Shown here: positions 49,801-64,000 of the stretch, piece after piece
How the letters are laid out: each line of letters begins with the position of its first letter
Numbering within the stretch: the first letter of the stretch is position 1
Assembly (NCBI GenBank): GCA_026025075.1
Contig: JAPEUI010000007.1
Span: forward strand, 124,001 to 188,000
DNA from: Vezdaea acicularis
Lineage: Eukaryota
Length of the DNA: 64,000 nucleotides
Direction: 5' to 3'
Notes under the pieces: generated by a model
The model's input: only the letters and a program-made list of their open reading frames with translations
Told to the model about the DNA's origin: nothing
The model's database searches: none
Translations under genes and position numbers: made by a program

Positions 49801-52800
49801 AATATTATGTGTCCCATCAAGCCGCGTAAAGTCTAGCCACTCCAGGTCATGATCAGGAAGCGCTTCGGCATATCTGTACTCCTGCCGTGCAGTGTACTGT
49901 GCAATGAAATCAGATGCGGTGTTGATATCAGCATCGCCATGACGGTCGATTGCCCTGAGTCTCTGATCCGTATCAGGTATGACAGATCCCATCTTTGCAG
50001 CAAAGCTTCTTCCTCGAGAGACGTGACCATAAGCCCCACCATCATCGTGTTCAGAGAGATATGTTTGTAGGAGTCCCTTAATGTCGAGCGGAGCAATGCT
50101 GATAACGCGCATGACCCAAGCGTACGCACGCCTAGAGAGGAAATTCAAGGTTGACTGCCTCACAGTGTAGCTGTCCGAGAGCTCTACAGATACCTTTCCG
50201 AGGGCAGAGAAGTACGAGGATTTCCAGTCATACTCATCAGTCTCAGCCTCAAGACAGCTTATCCACATTATAGACAGTAGCTCCAGAAGTGCAAAAAGCG
50301 AAGACTTCTCACACAAGGCCGACGGTATATCCTTTACGATTCGGTCTGCACAAGTTGCTGCCACTTGCTGAACTCTTTCAATTCGGTGGCAACATCCTTT
50401 GAATATTTCCACGAGTTGCAGGGCTACTTGCGACTTGTGTAAGTTCCAATGTCCCCCCTTTGTGGCATTGCGCATATATATGTTCATGACTTCTTCCGAT
50501 ATTGCCACCATACAATTTCCCATTTCTCCGGTCTTGAGGCTTGGATCGAGAAAGTAGGCAAGGACTTTCGAACAGTCACCGGACTCTGCTCTCATTGTCT
50601 CAAGCAAATACGCAGCACTGAGAAATATGACCTTTGGATAGTTCAGACCTTTTATATCTGACTCGCGGAGAGGAAGAAGTCCGATCAGCTTTCTTTTCTG
50701 CTCCGTTGTACGTTGTGGATTCATTCCCCTGCGGAGCACCGTGTTTAATTCCATGTCGCTCTCTAATTGGTCCGCTCGCTGCTCTGCAATCAAGGGTCGA
50801 GAGTGGATGGCAATTCGCCGTAGGTCAGGGATATATCTACTTCCGAGCGGAGTAAACGGCGTTATATCGTGTACTACAATATTGAACCAGGCGTCTCTAA
50901 AAAGAGATAGAAGCTCATCAGACAGCGACAAGACCTCTTTTAGGTTATGCGCTGTCATAAGCAAAGCAAGAGGCTCTAGAAGCTGGACAATCTCGCACGC
51001 AGCAAGCTCCACATCAGACTGATGGGAAGCATGGTCCAAGAACCTACTCTCATGAATATCTCCCTTGCTGATAATCGTTTCTAGAAGGTGTGACAGATAT
51101 ACCTCGAAAAGTGGAGATTCGTGGTCTATGGTCACCGAAAGATAATTCCGCGCTTTCAGAATCTATTTGCACGTAAGCTTTATGTAGCGCTTTTCATAAA
51201 GCCTGAGCTGTCTTACCGCATGTAACGCTAAGTCATTCTTTTTGATGAAACTATCATGACTGAGTTTGACATAAAGCTTGAGGAGCGATTTAAAGTCTAG
51301 CTCGCCACCATGAATTGCTAATTTTGCAGTTTCAGTTACGAGTAATAGATCGACTGCAGTGTTAATTTTGCCGATTTTCTGTAGCAGCATCGACTGTGCA
51401 AGTGATGTAATCTTATCATCGTTACAACTACTTGCGACTCCTACAATAGTTCGTATGATATTAGCATAAACAGCTGAGCTCTCCTCATCTCCATTCAATG
51501 TGAGAGAGATTGCGCTACCAGTCGTTTGTTGACCATAGGGAGACAGATTGGTGGTCTGCTTGACGCTGCCATTAGCACTGGCACCAGGGGTTGCCTTTTC
51601 ATTAGCTCCGGCTGAGCTTAGCACATTTCCTAGAGTGTATAGTGTGTTGATTATTGCGTCTGGGGAGAGTAGTTGAGCAATATACGCCAAACTGGTGGCA
51701 GCAACGCATATAGTCGGGCTGGTCGCTCCACCTTGAACAATGAACTGATGCAAAGATCGTCTCAGATCAGTTGCAAAATCTGGCGATATTTTGGCAATAT
51801 TGGCCATGCATTTTAAGACAACAGGCGCAAGTGTATCATCGGCCATCTGCAAAGGGTCGGCTATGGCATCTTTAAGCCAAGACATAAGGACATCAGCATC
51901 CGCAATGTTCTCGTCGAAAAAAGTACAGTTCAGGAAACTCGTGAGAACGTAAGCTTTGACGGAAAACCCCAGTCTTTGCTGCCAAGTTGATCCGAGTCTA
52001 AGAAAGTCTGCTCCATCTTCTAAGAGCGTCATTTCTTCGATTAAGATGTCGACTAGAGCTTCAATATTCTGGGTTCCCATATCTGAGCCGTCCAATACAT
52101 CATCTCGAACATTGGTACCTCCCGAAAGAAGTACATCAAGAGAGCTTTGCTGTCTTAGATCGGAAGCGTCTGCGACGAGAAGAGATGTGCTAGATACTAA
52201 TAAGCGCATCAGACCATGCTGCAGGAGCATCGCTCCCAGTGGACGACCGCTCGCCGCATAATGTTTTGCATATCTCTTCCAGTCTCGAAGAGGCCTACTG
52301 GATGTGGAAGATTGGGAATTTCGAATTGTAGAGACAGCTGTTTCAACAGAAACGAGGAATGATTCGGTGAAAATGGCCCGGATCCTCTGAATGATCTGGA
52401 GTCTTTCTACCGTTGACCAGAAGTCCGCATACGATGCTGCAGCTTCCAAGAATCCCAGAATCGAGACAATTAAGGTAGCGATATTCAAAGCGTCCTCTTC
52501 CGTGCCATTACTATCATCAGAATCCCCTTGGTGCTGACCAGATCGTATATGGGACGCAGCTTGAATACAGTTGTCTAAGTAATTTGCGGCTTTGTCCAAA
52601 GCAATGTCTCTTAAAGAAGCGTGCCGTTTTCCTAGAACTAATATTGCACAGGTTAGGTTGTAAGTCGACGCTTCCCACGGAGACGGCTCAATGCTGCGCA
52701 ACGATGGAGAAGATATGACCGCTTGCGTATGGGCCTCAAGTAAGTAGGGTGACAGCTGCAATAGCAGTCTCTCAGCACATTCCGGCGATTCCACGACTGG

Positions 52801-53150
52801 CGCTGCCCTACATAGAGCCAATAATACCTCCAATTCTCTTACACTCTGATTGCATTGTCCACGTTAGCTAAGCCATAGTATCCCTGACGGTAATGAATAC
52901 AGACCATAGGAACTTGTGCAGTCGTGGAAAACCCTTTGAATACTCCGTTAAGAAAGCCATTGGAGCTAGAGTGGTGTGTCGGGCACGCTTTGCACAACCT
53001 ATCCAGATCATGCCGGCTATCAGTACAAGAGTTTGCAGATAGTGTTGCGATTTTTTGTAAGGCCGCCTTTCTTATAGGGCGTAGAGAGCTAGCATCTCAT
53101 GGTTATTATTGGCCGCTGTAGAGATATAGAACTCAAACTCACCAATCCAT
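46822..53150 (-). CDS. STT4: Phosphatidylinositol 4-kinase type III alpha
   Basis: LLYWAP, SQLFAHQIIWNM, PLQSHAKAPY, IFKVGDDCRQD, KDRHNGNIM, HI|DFGF, C-terminus QTNGIPY*. Multi-exon; first coding exon appears to be 8 nt (53150-53143). Confidence 0.95.
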
Positions 53151-53542
53151 CTCTCATGACAAAGAGTGCCCTTTCTGGCGCGTCAACATGAAATTTCAAG
53201 CTTGGGTTCAATATGCTAGACCTACGTCAATGGCAGCCTCGTACGGTGACCGTGTTCTCAACCACTAGTCATTTTCGAAGGATCCTAGTCGCAAACGACC
53301 AGGCAGCCACGAAAGTCGCTTAATCACAAGCCGGCCAAGAGGAAAGCTTGGACTCGAGCTGCGGCCCGATTCTTCGATGCTCTCATTCAAGTCAAGTGCA
53401 ATTGACTTTTCACTGTGTTGATAAGCCAGACCCTGGAAGGAACGGAGCCTATTCAACTTCACTGTTTATTGTATCAAAATCTTATGCTTAGATTCGGGGA
53501 GCAGAGTTGGCTGTTGCTTTCAAGACTGCTTACTCGAGGGTT

Positions 53543-55828
<2,286 letters not shown>

Positions 55829-56297
55829 GAGCTAGCCTCATGTTGGAAGCACTCGGTTTGGTATGATGAAAACGATCGGCTGTCCAGTGCCCTGTCCAGT
55901 GCCGTCTCTGTAAGAACTTGGACGACTTTGACTGTTTTAGATACACCCACATTTGCATGAAAGACGCGCAACAGAGTTTCATAGCAGATGTGCAAATGAG
56001 ATAGCTATACGGGTCAAAGGGGCAATTGACCGAGCGCAGATTTATGACAAAGAATTCAAGAACCCATTTCCCCTTAAAGACTTTGTTGAAGTATGGGAAT
56101 CTGGTCATCAGTTATGCACATTATTCTAAACCTTTCAGATGATGCTTAATTTGATGGACCCAATTTCATGAATCTTGCCTGGTAACATACTGTCTTCTAT
56201 ATTGACTCTATTTTGCAGCATTATCTAATTGCGATTCGGGCGCAAAGAGGTATTCAAACGTGTTGCCCCCTATTGGGGAAGCTTTTGAACTATGGAA

Positions 56298-56700
56298 TTG
56301 ACGCAATCCGCAAGCGGGATAATCACATAGGCAATATCACCACCACCAAAGTACATAAAATCTCTAGCCTCAATCATCAACCATAAACACATCAATAATT
56401 TGGTAATTTCTACTGTAGATTATTCCCTTGATGTTTCATGCATACATGAGCATCATGTCTAGTACTACCACATGTACTACCGCATGATGCATTCTTCTTC
56501 TCTAGTTTCTGATGCATTTGTTTTCCAGTGATGACATTGTGACTGATGAAACGGTCTTTCTAATTATCAAGGATATTATCTTGTTATAGTTGAGGTCAAA
56601 TTTACATTTTGCCGATGTGATTGATTGAGGCTAGAGATTGTATGTACTTTGGCGGTGGTGATATTGCCAATGTGGTTATCTCATTTGTGGATTGCCTCAA
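56298..56700. repeat. Inverted repeat, 79-bp arms with 245-bp spacer (possible MITE/transposon relic)
   Basis: 56298-56376 matches the reverse complement of 56622-56700 at 70 of 79 positions by manual alignment, without gaps. No target-site duplication evident. Confidence 0.85.
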
Positions 56701-57981
56701 GCAAAGTATTGGTCATATTAGTACTAACATGAGGTTCATTCTATTCCTACCTGGCTCAACAATGGCTTCACATTCTATCAAACTTCCCTTTCCTTCGCTG
56801 CAATCCCCCACTATTGCACAGAATCTTAAGCACACAAGCATGTTCATTGTGTATTCTTTAAGCGCAACTCTTCGTGATGTTTACAGGATCAGATCTACGT
56901 AAAAGGGTGGGCTTTGCAGGAACGCTTGTCGGAGCCATTTCTAACCACTAAGAAGCCATTGCAAAGTGAACATGCTTGGTTGTTGCTCGAGATTATCAAC
57001 GGTCAATAGGATCAATAGAGCGGTCATGAGTTCTACTAGCACACGCTTGAAAAGCCCTCTCATGATATTTACCGAATGCAACAGATAGGACGTGTGTTCA
57101 CTAAACATGCTTATCATCTCAAGAAGGTCGTCTTTCTGCATGAACATTTCGGGACTGCAGCAGTATACAAGTGTATTCATACATAAGAGGCGCTCCCATT
57201 GCGTGTGAAAGCAATAATCTATATGGCGCTTTATCAAATGGGAAAGCAGACGCTGCATGCGATAGCCTTTCGATACACAACATCTGCCCCATTCTACAAG
57301 AAATAGTTCGACTAGCTCCCAAAGGCACACGAATAAGACCGCTAGGTAAACCAAAGCTTTATCATTTGCTTGTATCTACTTTGTTGCTACTCTGATGGAA
57401 TTCCTTCATTCGATCAAGCTTACGATGTATGGCCATATGGAACGTCCCAAGTTACGGAGTTTGCGAAGAAGTGATGTTCAGTGTCTTCCTTTCGAAAGAT
57501 ATCAAGCTTCCTTAAGCAGGTCGAATCTGATTGAGATCAGAAAGGAGGCAAGACAATAGAAAGATGGAGATATCTGGAAATGTAATGGCTGACAGGAACA
57601 TAGCGGGAAGGAAAACGCGATCTAAATGACAGGCCCAGTCTTTCCTCTTTCATGATCACCCTATCTCGTGGACTGATAACAACCGTGGATATAGTAAATC
57701 CGAATCCACTCAAAATGGGAAAATCCTTAAGTTGACTTCGCGAGAGCCAGCGGTGGATATTTCAGGCACTCTGTGCGTAATTTATGGATTTTTATTTCGT
57801 GTATTTAAGCAACCTAACTCAGTGACGAAACTAGGAGTCAGCAAGTGAGGTAGCTCCATGACCATATCCAAACATTCTTTGTTACCTAGGAATAGGGCTT
57901 TGCGTGACCTGCTTTACTGCGAATATATCCTTGCTCTTCTCTAGATCGTCCGAAAATAAGATAAAACTCTCCTTAGCACCT

Positions 57982-58659
57982 TCACTGCTTGATAGGAGTC
58001 ATCTTGTGGGCTCTCGGTCTACTAAGCTTGAGACTTTCCTCATACAAGAGGATGACCATGTTAAGTCGCATTCTTTCCTTCGCTTCACAAGCCGCTGTGG
58101 AGTCTATCCCAAAAATTCTACACGGGAGCCTTTTAGGTATAGAGCATCTTGTCCTTCTGCTTGGTGACGTGCTTGATTCACAAGAATCCTCTCTGACGAT
58201 ACCCAGTGTGATGTCCCTCACTTCCTCCTCATCCAAATAAGCGATCTGATAGAGCTTGCTATTTACTTCTGTTGTTTCCTGCCTTGTCCTCCTACGCGTG
58301 TTCATACCCCAGTTTTGTCCCTCGCCCTCATCCCCTGGTCCGGTTTCTACCGGACCTGTCAAGAGATGTGGCGAACACCTGCAATTTTCTCTGCAATATT
58401 CAACGAGTGGTTGATTGATCCAGCTGTTATGGTCACAGTATACCTCAAACTGATCTGGAGCGTAGTGCAGGCATGTGCAAAGTGTTATGCATTTCAAGGA
58501 TACGTCCTCGAGTGAGTAGCCCCCCCGTGGGAAAAGAGATCGGGCAATACCTGGTGGTGGAAACTTGGGCCCACACTGCATGCGGTCACCAGGCTCTGCA
58601 ACGACAACTGTCAATAACAGAATTATGAGGAGAAGTCTTATCGCAGGATGCATTAGCAT
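57982..58659 (-). CDS. Putative secreted cysteine-rich protein
   Basis: Signal-peptide-like MLMHPAIRLLLIILLLTVVVA, then 8 Cys in about 75 aa ending YCRENCRC. The 3' part may be spliced (GTATGA donor near 58307). Confidence 0.55.
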   Translation of the reverse strand: MLMHPAIRLLLIILLLTVVVAEPGDRMQCGPKFPPPGIARSLFPRGGYSLEDVSLKCITLCTCLHYAPDQFEVYCDHNSWINQPLVEYCRENCRCSPHLLTGPVETGPGDEGEGQNWGMNTRRRTRQETTEVNSKLYQIAYLDEEEVRDITLGIVREDSCESSTSPSRRTRCSIPKRLPCRIFGIDSTAACEAKERMRLNMVILLYEESLKLSRPRAHKMTPIKQ

Positions 58660-59539
58660 CTTCTGGAGTCACGAGGAATAAGAGAAGCTGCTGTTGATAA
58701 CAGCAATGAAATCTGTACACTTGGATGACGCCTGGGAAGATTAACAGAAAATAAAAGTTTCGAGCCAAGATATGGACCTTGGGCACATGCGCAGTCGTAA
58801 ATCCCGCGCCGTAGACAGGCATGGTCCGTGAGGCAATCAAAGGATTCCTTTTATCGAGCCAATGACGTCGTCAGCAAATCGTGAAGAACAGTTGGGTTTA
58901 CATTTAGGGGTTGATTTTTGATCTTAAGAACAAACGCAACACCTGAAGTTCACGGATGGCGAAACACTTCAGCTCACAAGTGAATTGCTAGCGCCCTCGA
59001 TCTCGTCCTGGATGAAATGGGAACAGGTAGGGACGTCAAAAGATGATTGGGTGAGTATATAAGATATGAGGCCCGATAAATCAACAGTCTCGGCCCCGTG
59101 AGTAAGCTCGATCTACGATCATGACCAACTGGAATCAGTATAGCAGAGATGTTGGTCAACATGAGGCCGAGGAGCCCCTAAAAGCGCCCGTGCTCTAGCA
59201 ACTATAGTGGACGGCGGAGAGTTTGCATACCCTTTCCAAATTTGAAGTCCCGACGGCCAGCTAACACTAACAATTAAGCTGCCACAGCGCACTTCAAAGA
59301 GAAAGACAAGGCATCACTTAGGCTATTATGAGACGGAGCTCCAGGAAACAAGCTGGCGATGTACTAAATTTGCGGTGTTGCTGCCATCATGTTGGTGCAC
59401 GGAGTACACATTTTCGCAAGGGGTGTGCAAACTTTCCGCCGCTTCCTGTACCTATGGTCGGATGAAAGCAACCGAGCACATCTCTACTTTAGTCCACTAT
59501 TGGTCACTTTTTGGAGCTCTGTTTCATCATCAAGTAAGG

Positions 59540-60126
59540 ATGGAAGTTCAACCGAAAGCCTCGATTGAAAGCGCAGCAAGCCGGTCTGATACCATGGGGG
59601 TCAGGCTGATCCCACTTCTCCGCGTTTTCCCACTCCTGTCTAGTACAGCGGAATGCATGCTCGCTCTCACAGAGCTGTATATCATGCTCCAGCTTCTTGA
59701 CGATGACATACCTAACTTTGTCTCCCAGTCCTTCTGAAGCCGGTTTTTGATGGTGGCCTTATCACTTTGATCTTAGTTTGCTGCATGTCCGCCATTAGCG
59801 GCTACTTTAATTGGGATCAAACGTCTGGAACGACGCGTAGCTTGTATGGATATGGAATCTGTCTCGCAATGATGTACTTTGGTGCTGGTCCTTGGTTCGG
59901 TGAAGCGTTAAATATAATTCAAGGGGCCAAGACTGACAGATCGAGGCCACCAATCGCCCCCTCAATCAATCGCATTTTAGCTGGCCCAGTCCCGGCGGCG
60001 AAAGATGAGTTGAAGCATTTCTTGTTGATTCATGGAACTCGGTTTATCTGCGTCGATTTCCCTGCATGGTGTTGTTTCCTCGCAGCCTTTCGAAATTCGC
60101 TTTCCCTAGAAGTGTTGAAGGCTTGA
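59540..60126 (+). pseudogene. Disrupted small integral membrane protein gene
   Basis: LIPLLRVFPLLSST...VSQSF, then TGA (59735-59737), then a frameshift at the T5 run (about 59744-59748) into DGGLITLILVCC...HGTRFICVDFPAWCCFLAA. Confidence 0.55.
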
Positions 60127-60493
60127 AATCAGAGACAGGGCTAAATTTGGATGGCCACCAGTTGTGCTTAAAGTTCGTGACGATGAGATGATGGTTTGGG
60201 TAAAGTTCTGCTAGGCTCGCACCCGGTGAGCAAAAAGTTGTCACACCAAAGCCTAAGCGAGGTACCTTCTCACCAAATCAGTGTGGTGGGATACTTTACC
60301 TCTCTCGCATTTTGTCCAGAAGAGAGGTACCCTCTCTAACAATTTTGCTGGTAAGGTACCTCGCTAATTTTTTGGTGTGACAACTTTTTTGCTCACCAGG
60401 TGGCTCGTTGACCGGAGAGGCGATGATCTTGGATAATAGACTTACGTCCATTGAAGAGTTCTTGGTCTTTCCCAGGATGGCACGGTCAGGCTC

Positions 60494-61573
60494 ATGCACA
60501 ATCTAGACCCTTTGATGCGTATCTTGCTGGGAAGCTCCAGGTCGCTCTCTAATTCCGTCTGCAACATCGTCTTCTTCCATTGTCCAGCAGAACTTGCTCG
60601 AATGGCTCACGTCTCAGGCGAGCCTCTCGCTGCCACGGTCTCTAATGCTGGGGGTCTCGGCATGATAGATGGGTCGAATGCACCCCAAAACAATTGCGCG
60701 AGATTACATGTTGGGTGAAAGTGTACATCCTATCACCAAAGTTACCATTTAGCGTCGACATGGCCTCCCAAAAGTCGGACACGATACTAGCACTAGCAAC
60801 TATGGTCATACACACGGCCATCCAGATGAGCTCATTGAAATTACTGTCCAGAAAGACGCAAGCTATTTGTTGGCGTTGTAGGTATCCCACTAGCATGTAT
60901 CATAGAAAGGATGCACGATGCAGGCGTCTTATTTATGAATATGGTGGTTGCGCTGAACTACGCTGAGTATGGCTTAAAGTGGGATGTGATCTTGCTGTAC
61001 GCAGCGCGAGGATGGACGTGATTGCACTAGAGACATTCCAAATACCGTCTCAATCTCTTCTGCGGTGTATGGTGCACGTCTATGAATGAGTTCTTTAACT
61101 GGTCAGGATGCAATGGCCGTTGCTACCCAAGGCATCTATAATGGATGCAGCTTGACAAAGAGTCTAACGCAAGGAGCACATGGCGTGTTACCTGGTACAT
61201 GGCTCATGGCTACTGAGGAGACTGGTGCCAATAGGACGCATAACGAAGCTGCATTGAATGCAACATCAACGCGCACTATCATCACGACCATTGAGATTTG
61301 CAAAGGGCATTTGCGAGTGAGAATAAATCGCTGTAGAAGCGAATGGGATGAGAGGCCTGATGATATAAAGCAGCTTACTTCTGGGGGAGCTGTGCCATTA
61401 TCAAGAATCTAGATAACGGGGTAAATGCAGATTTATCGCTCTTCATGGGACAGGTATAAAGGAGTCTCGAGAAGATTTAGCCAGCCGCAGAGACGCTCAG
61501 GGAAATGGTTGAGGAGTGCGTTGAAATGCTGAAGCTGAGTATGAAAGAGGTTAGAATGAGATCAAACTTGTGA
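60494..61573 (+). pseudogene. Degenerate nitronate monooxygenase (2-nitropropane dioxygenase) gene
   Basis: Fragments in shifting frames: LARMAHVSGEPLAATVSNAGGLGMI, KLFVGVVGIP, SSLTGQ...QGIYNGCSLTKSLTQGAHGVLPGTWLMATEETGA, HLRVRIN...DIKQLTSGGAVP. Ends ...RSNL*. Frameshifts, stops and lost glycine motifs. Confidence 0.75.
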
Positions 61574-61789
61574 ATGGACATAATTGGCATCAGGTCAATT
61601 ATACGAAGTCTCAACATGGGATTTGAATGATTGATTCTTGCATCTGCTTCTGCAAGGCGTAAATGTAAGAATACCCTTTTAAGTAGACTCAGAACACGCC
61701 TAAATGATGTGAAGAAGACGTGGCATCAGCAGTCAACAAAGCATGTGCAAATACACCAAACTTGCCCCTTATTGGTGAGAGGATGACGA

Positions 61790-63781
61790 TCAAAACCCGT
61801 TGGCCTTAGCACGGGCGTAGCCTTCAGGAGGTAAACTGTTGTGAATGCCTTTATCTCCGTTGGTAGGGGGTGCTTTTTCTGCAGAGCCAATAGACTTCAT
61901 ATAGCGGAGATGTGGTGGCAAGTGCGGCACCATAGAGTACGGGTTGTCATCTGAGTCCAAATATTCGTCCTGTCTGCCTTCATCCTCGTCGGCTCCTTCT
62001 CCTCCGTCATCTTCATCTTCCCCTTCTTCTTCGCTCTCTGTCCTGTCTTGGTCTGCCTCGCCATTTAATCGATTCTTCCTCTCGTCTTCCAGCTTACGGC
62101 AGAGGTTTTTCAGCGTATTTACATTGGCGCTTAGCTTTTTGTTTTCCTCCTGTACTTTCCTTGTTTCTTCTTCCCGAAGCCTTGCGTCGTCGACCATGGT
62201 GATGATATTCTGTTTTGTGGTGTCATACTGCCGTGTAAGCCTAAGGTTTTCTTTCTCGAGCCGCTTGGTCTTCTTAGACATCTCCTCCATCTCTCTCCGG
62301 AAGGTGAGAAAGAGATCATTGGAGTTGTTAAGAGTCTCTTCAACCTGGTTGAAAATTGTTAGCACAACACTTGCTAGAGAATGTCCGAGGCAAAAGGGAG
62401 AATGCAAGAGTTGCCGTAAAATACCTTAAGATCTGGTACCGAGAAAAACTTGGAGCAATGGGAGATAAAAGAGAGCTCGTCATCTCTAACCTGTTTGAAT
62501 TTCTCAACGTAGATATTGAGCTGGCTTCGTAATTCTGCCTCCGTGCTTGTAAACTTGGAAACCTGATCACTGAGATTTCTGCATCTCTTCGCTTCGTGAT
62601 CGGCCAGTAGCCTCTGGCGTTCATGGTTAGCAAGAGCGACTTGAACTTCGGCTTCCTTGTTACGAAGAACAGAGTGGAAATAGTGCTCCCGAAGTTCGTA
62701 CTGCTCAAGGAAGGATTTAAACTTCTGCTTAAACCTATTATAGTCAGCAATTGTTACACTGGTCCTTCCTTATTATAAGCGAGGTGCACACACAGGTGGT
62801 CCTGGCTTGGTAGATTGGCAGAAAGTGGCTTTTTGGTTATCATCGTATCGGTCTTATTGAGCAAAGCGGTCAATTCGAAGGATAAATTTTCCCGGTCAAT
62901 CGTCTCCGAGTCATCTTGCTGTTTCTGATCATCCTAGTCAAAAGAAGATGAATTAGCGCAAATTTCTTATTACAATCAGCTACACAGAGCCACGGGCAAC
63001 GTAGAAAGGTATAACAAGAGACACTAGGGCCGGCTCTCGTGTTTGTTGCCACTTCTGAGCTGAAAAGGCTGAGCCAGAGTACGATATGGCTGTACACAGG
63101 GCTTGCGCTAGCAACAAACCTTTAATTTCTTATTTTCCTTCTGCAATTCTCGTGACAGTTTTTCGAGCTTCTCCTTGAGGGCTGTAGCTTTAGATAGTTC
63201 GGACCTTTGCTGGTCTTTCTCCTTTTGCATTTGATCTGCACGCTTTTTGCTCTTCGCTTGGTCTCTTTTCAACTTCTCCATATCCCAAAGGAGGTCGGTA
63301 TATTTTTTCTGGACAGCATCGAGCTGAGATAAGGGAGATTCGATCTTGGATAAAAGGTTTGACAGGTCTCTATTTGCCCTTTTGACTTCGCGATCTGCAT
63401 TATCGAAACCACAAAGGAAGGTTGTCAGCATATGATAATCTGTAGAACCATCCTCGCATTGTCAAGAAAATACACAGGCATTGTTCTTCTCTAACTGTTC
63501 ATGAAATACAGGGAATGCCTTCATCAAATGTGAATTCCATGTAGCCCTCAGTCATTGTAGATAGTCCCCCCGATTTCTTCAAATTGCACGGGCTCAGAAG
63601 AGGAAATGTTCATATACCCACCAATCTCGGCCTCCTGATCTTTCTCTCCCGCCTTGTCTAACTCCAATTGAGATATCTTCGCGGCTAGTAGCTTCGACGT
63701 TTCAGACGCATCGGGAGTCTTCTTTCCTTTTGGTTTCTTTGGTAATGTCCCTAGAGATGGTCGCGTGAGATTCGAGTTCAT
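61790..63781 (-). CDS. Taxilin-family (myosin-like) coiled-coil protein
   Basis: SKLLAAKISQLE, KEKLEKLSRELQKENKKLK, FLEQYELRE, VEETLNNSNDLFLTFRREMEEMSKKTKRLEKEN, LKNLCRKL. Five exons; start could be further upstream. Confidence 0.88.
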
Positions 63782-64000
63782 TTTAGGAGAGAGCAGGTAT
63801 TTTTGCGCGTGGATACTTGCAGCACTGAGCGTTCTATGGAATAGCTTACCGGTACTCATGATAAGGAATGGACAAGGGCGGAGCTACACTTGCTCCAGAC
63901 CCTTCTAGTTCAGTAGTTCGAAAACGCGACTATCGTTGAAAGTTCAGTCGAACAGAACATAGGTATCGAGCAGTGGCGCTATTACTAGAATTGGTAGGTG

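Noticed and set aside
56941..57354. 137-aa ORF beside the inverted repeat as a transposase fragment
   Set aside because: No DDE, RT or other transposon motif recognisable.

Overview
Gene-dense window from a filamentous ascomycete (Pezizomycotina-type: short GT-AG introns with CTRAC/CTAAY branch sites). No rRNA, tRNA, CRISPR or intact transposon was seen. About 20 mostly conserved genes in order: histidine phosphatase, MAM3/CNNM, acetamidase-type amidase, two conserved hypotheticals, DHA1-type MFS transporter, AcuK/Ert1 regulator, riboflavin kinase, AlkB dioxygenase, CDK1, calpain, a secreted Cys-rich protein, ornithine decarboxylase, DUF676 esterase, cytochrome c peroxidase, F-box protein, PI 4-kinase STT4, Chk2-like kinase and taxilin. 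A decaying accessory segment (about 55.8-61.8 kb) holds a 79-bp-armed inverted repeat, a second secreted Cys-rich ORF and two pseudogenes. The most interesting signal is the ODC 5' leader: an AUG uORF ending Pro-Pro-Pro-stop, followed in the same frame by an AUU-initiated uORF ending ...RPWHNFLPL-stop. This is a candidate polyamine/eIF5A-sensitive translational control cassette. Other points: a start codon split by an intron, a 47-aa membrane micropeptide, and strand-polarised C/G homopolymers (C-runs in leaders and introns, G-runs in 3' UTRs). All calls come from reading the sequence by eye; no searches were run.
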